NCBI GenBank assembly: GCA_003135555.1
Contig: PLCF01000021.1
Coordinates: forward strand, 1 to 27,131
Source: Vulcanimicrobiota bacterium
Lineage (GTDB): Bacteria; Vulcanimicrobiota; Vulcanimicrobiia; Vulcanimicrobiales; Vulcanimicrobiaceae
Direction of reading: 5' to 3'
DNA: 27,131 bases
Positions 25,463-27,131 of this stretch are shown here, in pieces. The notes beneath the pieces were generated by a model that was not told where the DNA came from, did no database searches, and saw only the letters and a program-made list of their open reading frames with translations. A program made the translations under genes and the position numbers. Position 1 is the stretch's first letter. Each line of letters opens with the position of its first letter.

Positions 25463-25575
25463 CCCCGCGGCCGGCCGTTGCGGCGTTCTTCGATGAAGCC
25501 GCCCCAGAAGATCAGGCCGACCAGAATGACGCTGAGCGCGACGAGCGACCACGGAATCAACCAATACGACGGCAC
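25459..25575 (-). CDS. 38-aa single-TM peptide: MPSYWLIPWSLVALSVILVGLIFWGGFIEERRNGRPRG
   Basis: GTG 25575 preceded by AAGGGAG; one hydrophobic helix followed by a basic tail. Confidence 0.55.
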   Translation of the reverse strand: MPSYWLIPWSLVALSVILVGLIFWGGFIEERRNGRPRG

Positions 25576-25658
25576 ACGGCTCCCTTCGCCGCTCCGATTC
25601 CGGCCCCTCGGGCCGGCCTTGCGCGGTGACGGCGTCCGCGCGGGTACGGCAGGACCAC

Positions 25659-26198
25659 ATGAGACTTTTCGTCGCGGCCGATCTCGACGACGCATCGCGT
25701 GAGGCGTGCGTGGGTGTCGCCGGGAGCCTGCGCGAGCGTGGTTGGCCGGGGCGCTGGGTGGCGCCTGAAAACTACCACCTCACCGTCGCCTTTCTCGGAT
25801 CCGTCGATCCCGCCCGACTGCCCGAAGTCCTCGAGGCGGTGCGGGTCGCCGCGCCACGGGTGACGGCGTTCGAGGTTCCGCTCGACACGGTCGGCGCGTT
25901 TCCGAACGCTCGCCGTCCGCGCGTCGTGTGGGTCGGCCCGGGTGTACCGGTGCCGACATTCGGGACACTCTGCAGCGTCGTACGCAGCGAGCTTGCGGCG
26001 CTGGGGTTCACCTTCGAACCGCACGCCGACGCGCACGTGACGTTGGCCCGCGCCGCCGGTCCGACCGTCGCGCTTCCAGCCGTCGACCCGCCGCGCATCG
26101 CGCCACTTCGAATCGCCGAGCTGACGATCTACGAGTCGTTCACCGAACGCGCCGGCGCTCGGTACCAAGTCGTGGAGCGTTTCAGGCTCGCCGACTAG
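25659..26198 (+). CDS. thpR: RNA 2',3'-cyclic phosphodiesterase (2H family, LigT/ThpR)
   Basis: MRLFVAA start, RWVAPENYHLTVAFLG, GAFPNARRPRVVWVG, second HVTLAR motif, GARY; AGGA RBS. Confidence 0.93.
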   Translation: MRLFVAADLDDASREACVGVAGSLRERGWPGRWVAPENYHLTVAFLGSVDPARLPEVLEAVRVAAPRVTAFEVPLDTVGAFPNARRPRVVWVGPGVPVPTFGTLCSVVRSELAALGFTFEPHADAHVTLARAAGPTVALPAVDPPRIAPLRIAELTIYESFTERAGARYQVVERFRLAD

Positions 26199-26734
26199 CG
26201 GCGCGCTCCGCGGAGACCGAAGAACGCGAACAGCGCCGCGATAGCGATGAGAACGGTGCCGACCCACGGCATCTCGGAATCGGCCGTCGCGGAGACGTCC
26301 GGCGCGGAGACCGTCTCGGCCGAGGAGCTCCCCGAAGCGACACGCACGAGCTTGCCGCGAAACAGTTGCGCGCGCGCCGGAGCACCCGACCGGACGCTCT
26401 CGACGAAGTCGCGGCCATCGGAGCCGTCGAGGTCGTCGCTGTGCATGCTCCCATCGGCGAAGCGCAGGTACGCGTAGGGCGTGCGGCTGGGCGGGCGGCC
26501 CCACGGGCCCATGCGCATCTCGGCGACCAGGACGGTCGCGGTGACGACGGTGCAGTCACCGGGCGGCGCAGCGGCCGTCAACGCAGCGGTGCAGCTTGGA
26601 TCGGTGCGGAACGCGTTTGCCGCCGCGCCGTCGCGTGGCGCCAGTTGATTGCCCGATATCACGAACCCGACGCCCAGCGCGAAGAACCCGATCGCAAAGA
26701 CCAGACATGCGCAGCCGTTGAGCGTCAGACGCAC
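26195..26734 (-). CDS. Hypothetical membrane protein (N- and C-terminal TM helices around an extracytoplasmic beta domain)
   Basis: Hydrophobic termini LVFAIGFFALGVGFVI and WVGTVLIAIAALFAFFGL; a Cys pair in the loop. Confidence 0.65.
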   Translation of the reverse strand: MRLTLNGCACLVFAIGFFALGVGFVISGNQLAPRDGAAANAFRTDPSCTAALTAAAPPGDCTVVTATVLVAEMRMGPWGRPPSRTPYAYLRFADGSMHSDDLDGSDGRDFVESVRSGAPARAQLFRGKLVRVASGSSSAETVSAPDVSATADSEMPWVGTVLIAIAALFAFFGLRGARR

Positions 26735-26755
26735 CAGTGACTCCGCGCCGGGGCG

Positions 26756-27131
26756 CTAGGTGCCGGCGGGCTGCGCGACCCAGCTCCGGAAATACTGCGC
26801 GTCTTCGACCCCGCTCACCGTTTCGGCGACGCGGAGCGGACCGTAGGCGTCGATCGCGACCGCTAGCTCGTCGGTGAACGTCTTGCCCAGCGACGCTTCC
26901 ACGGCGCCGGGCTGCGGGCCGTGCGGTGCGCCGGCCGCGTGCAGCGTCACCGACTTCTCCTCGATGCCGCGCCGCGACATGAAGTTGCCTGATGCGTAGT
27001 AGATGATCTCGTCACAGTCAACCGACGAGTGGTTGTACGGCGCCGGCACCGCGAGCGGGGGATAGTCCAACATGCGCGGTGCGAACAGGATGAACGCGGC
27101 GCCGGGGGCGTCCCAGATCTGGTGCGACGAC
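26756..27131 (-). CDS. hmgA: Homogentisate 1,2-dioxygenase, 3' part (gene runs off the window)
   Basis: FAPRMLDYPP.AVPAPYNHSSVDCDEIIYY..GNFMSRRGI...SVTLH..G.PHGPQPG...TDELAV.ID with Fe ligands H/E/H; frame open to the window end. Confidence 0.88.
   Translation of the reverse strand, partial: SSHQIWDAPGAAFILFAPRMLDYPPLAVPAPYNHSSVDCDEIIYYASGNFMSRRGIEEKSVTLHAAGAPHGPQPGAVEASLGKTFTDELAVAIDAYGPLRVAETVSGVEDAQYFRSWVAQPAGT

Overview
GC-rich bacterial chromosomal window; gene content is tentatively compatible with a Terrabacteria lineage such as Eremiobacterota (inference only). Left to right: a 1361-aa APC permease fused to a GH35/GlmA-like glycosidase, tRNA-Leu(CAA) wedged tightly between two CDSs, and a degenerate methyltransferase-fold protein. 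A minus-strand block follows: small membrane protein, CIRCE-controlled FmdB/Ruc-like zinc-ribbon protein, SRPBCC protein, M20 amidohydrolase, ftsZ-ftsA, and a largely overlapping run dnaE-hisZ-hisG-crotonase-hisD-Cof HAD-ftsQ. Then come two lower-GC hypothetical genes, a type-E-like (CCG subunit) succinate dehydrogenase operon, two convergent small ORFs, thpR, a membrane protein and the 3' end of hmgA. Best novelty candidates: (1) the single-chain transporter-glycosidase; (2) NrdR-like tandem boxes with DnaA-like boxes upstream of ftsAZ and of the SRPBCC gene; (3) a tRNA whose 3' processing would leave a leaderless mRNA; (4) a nested REP-like repeat that supplies the hisG start codon; (5) an AT-recoded patch inside dnaE. 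No CRISPR array, integrase or transposase was seen.
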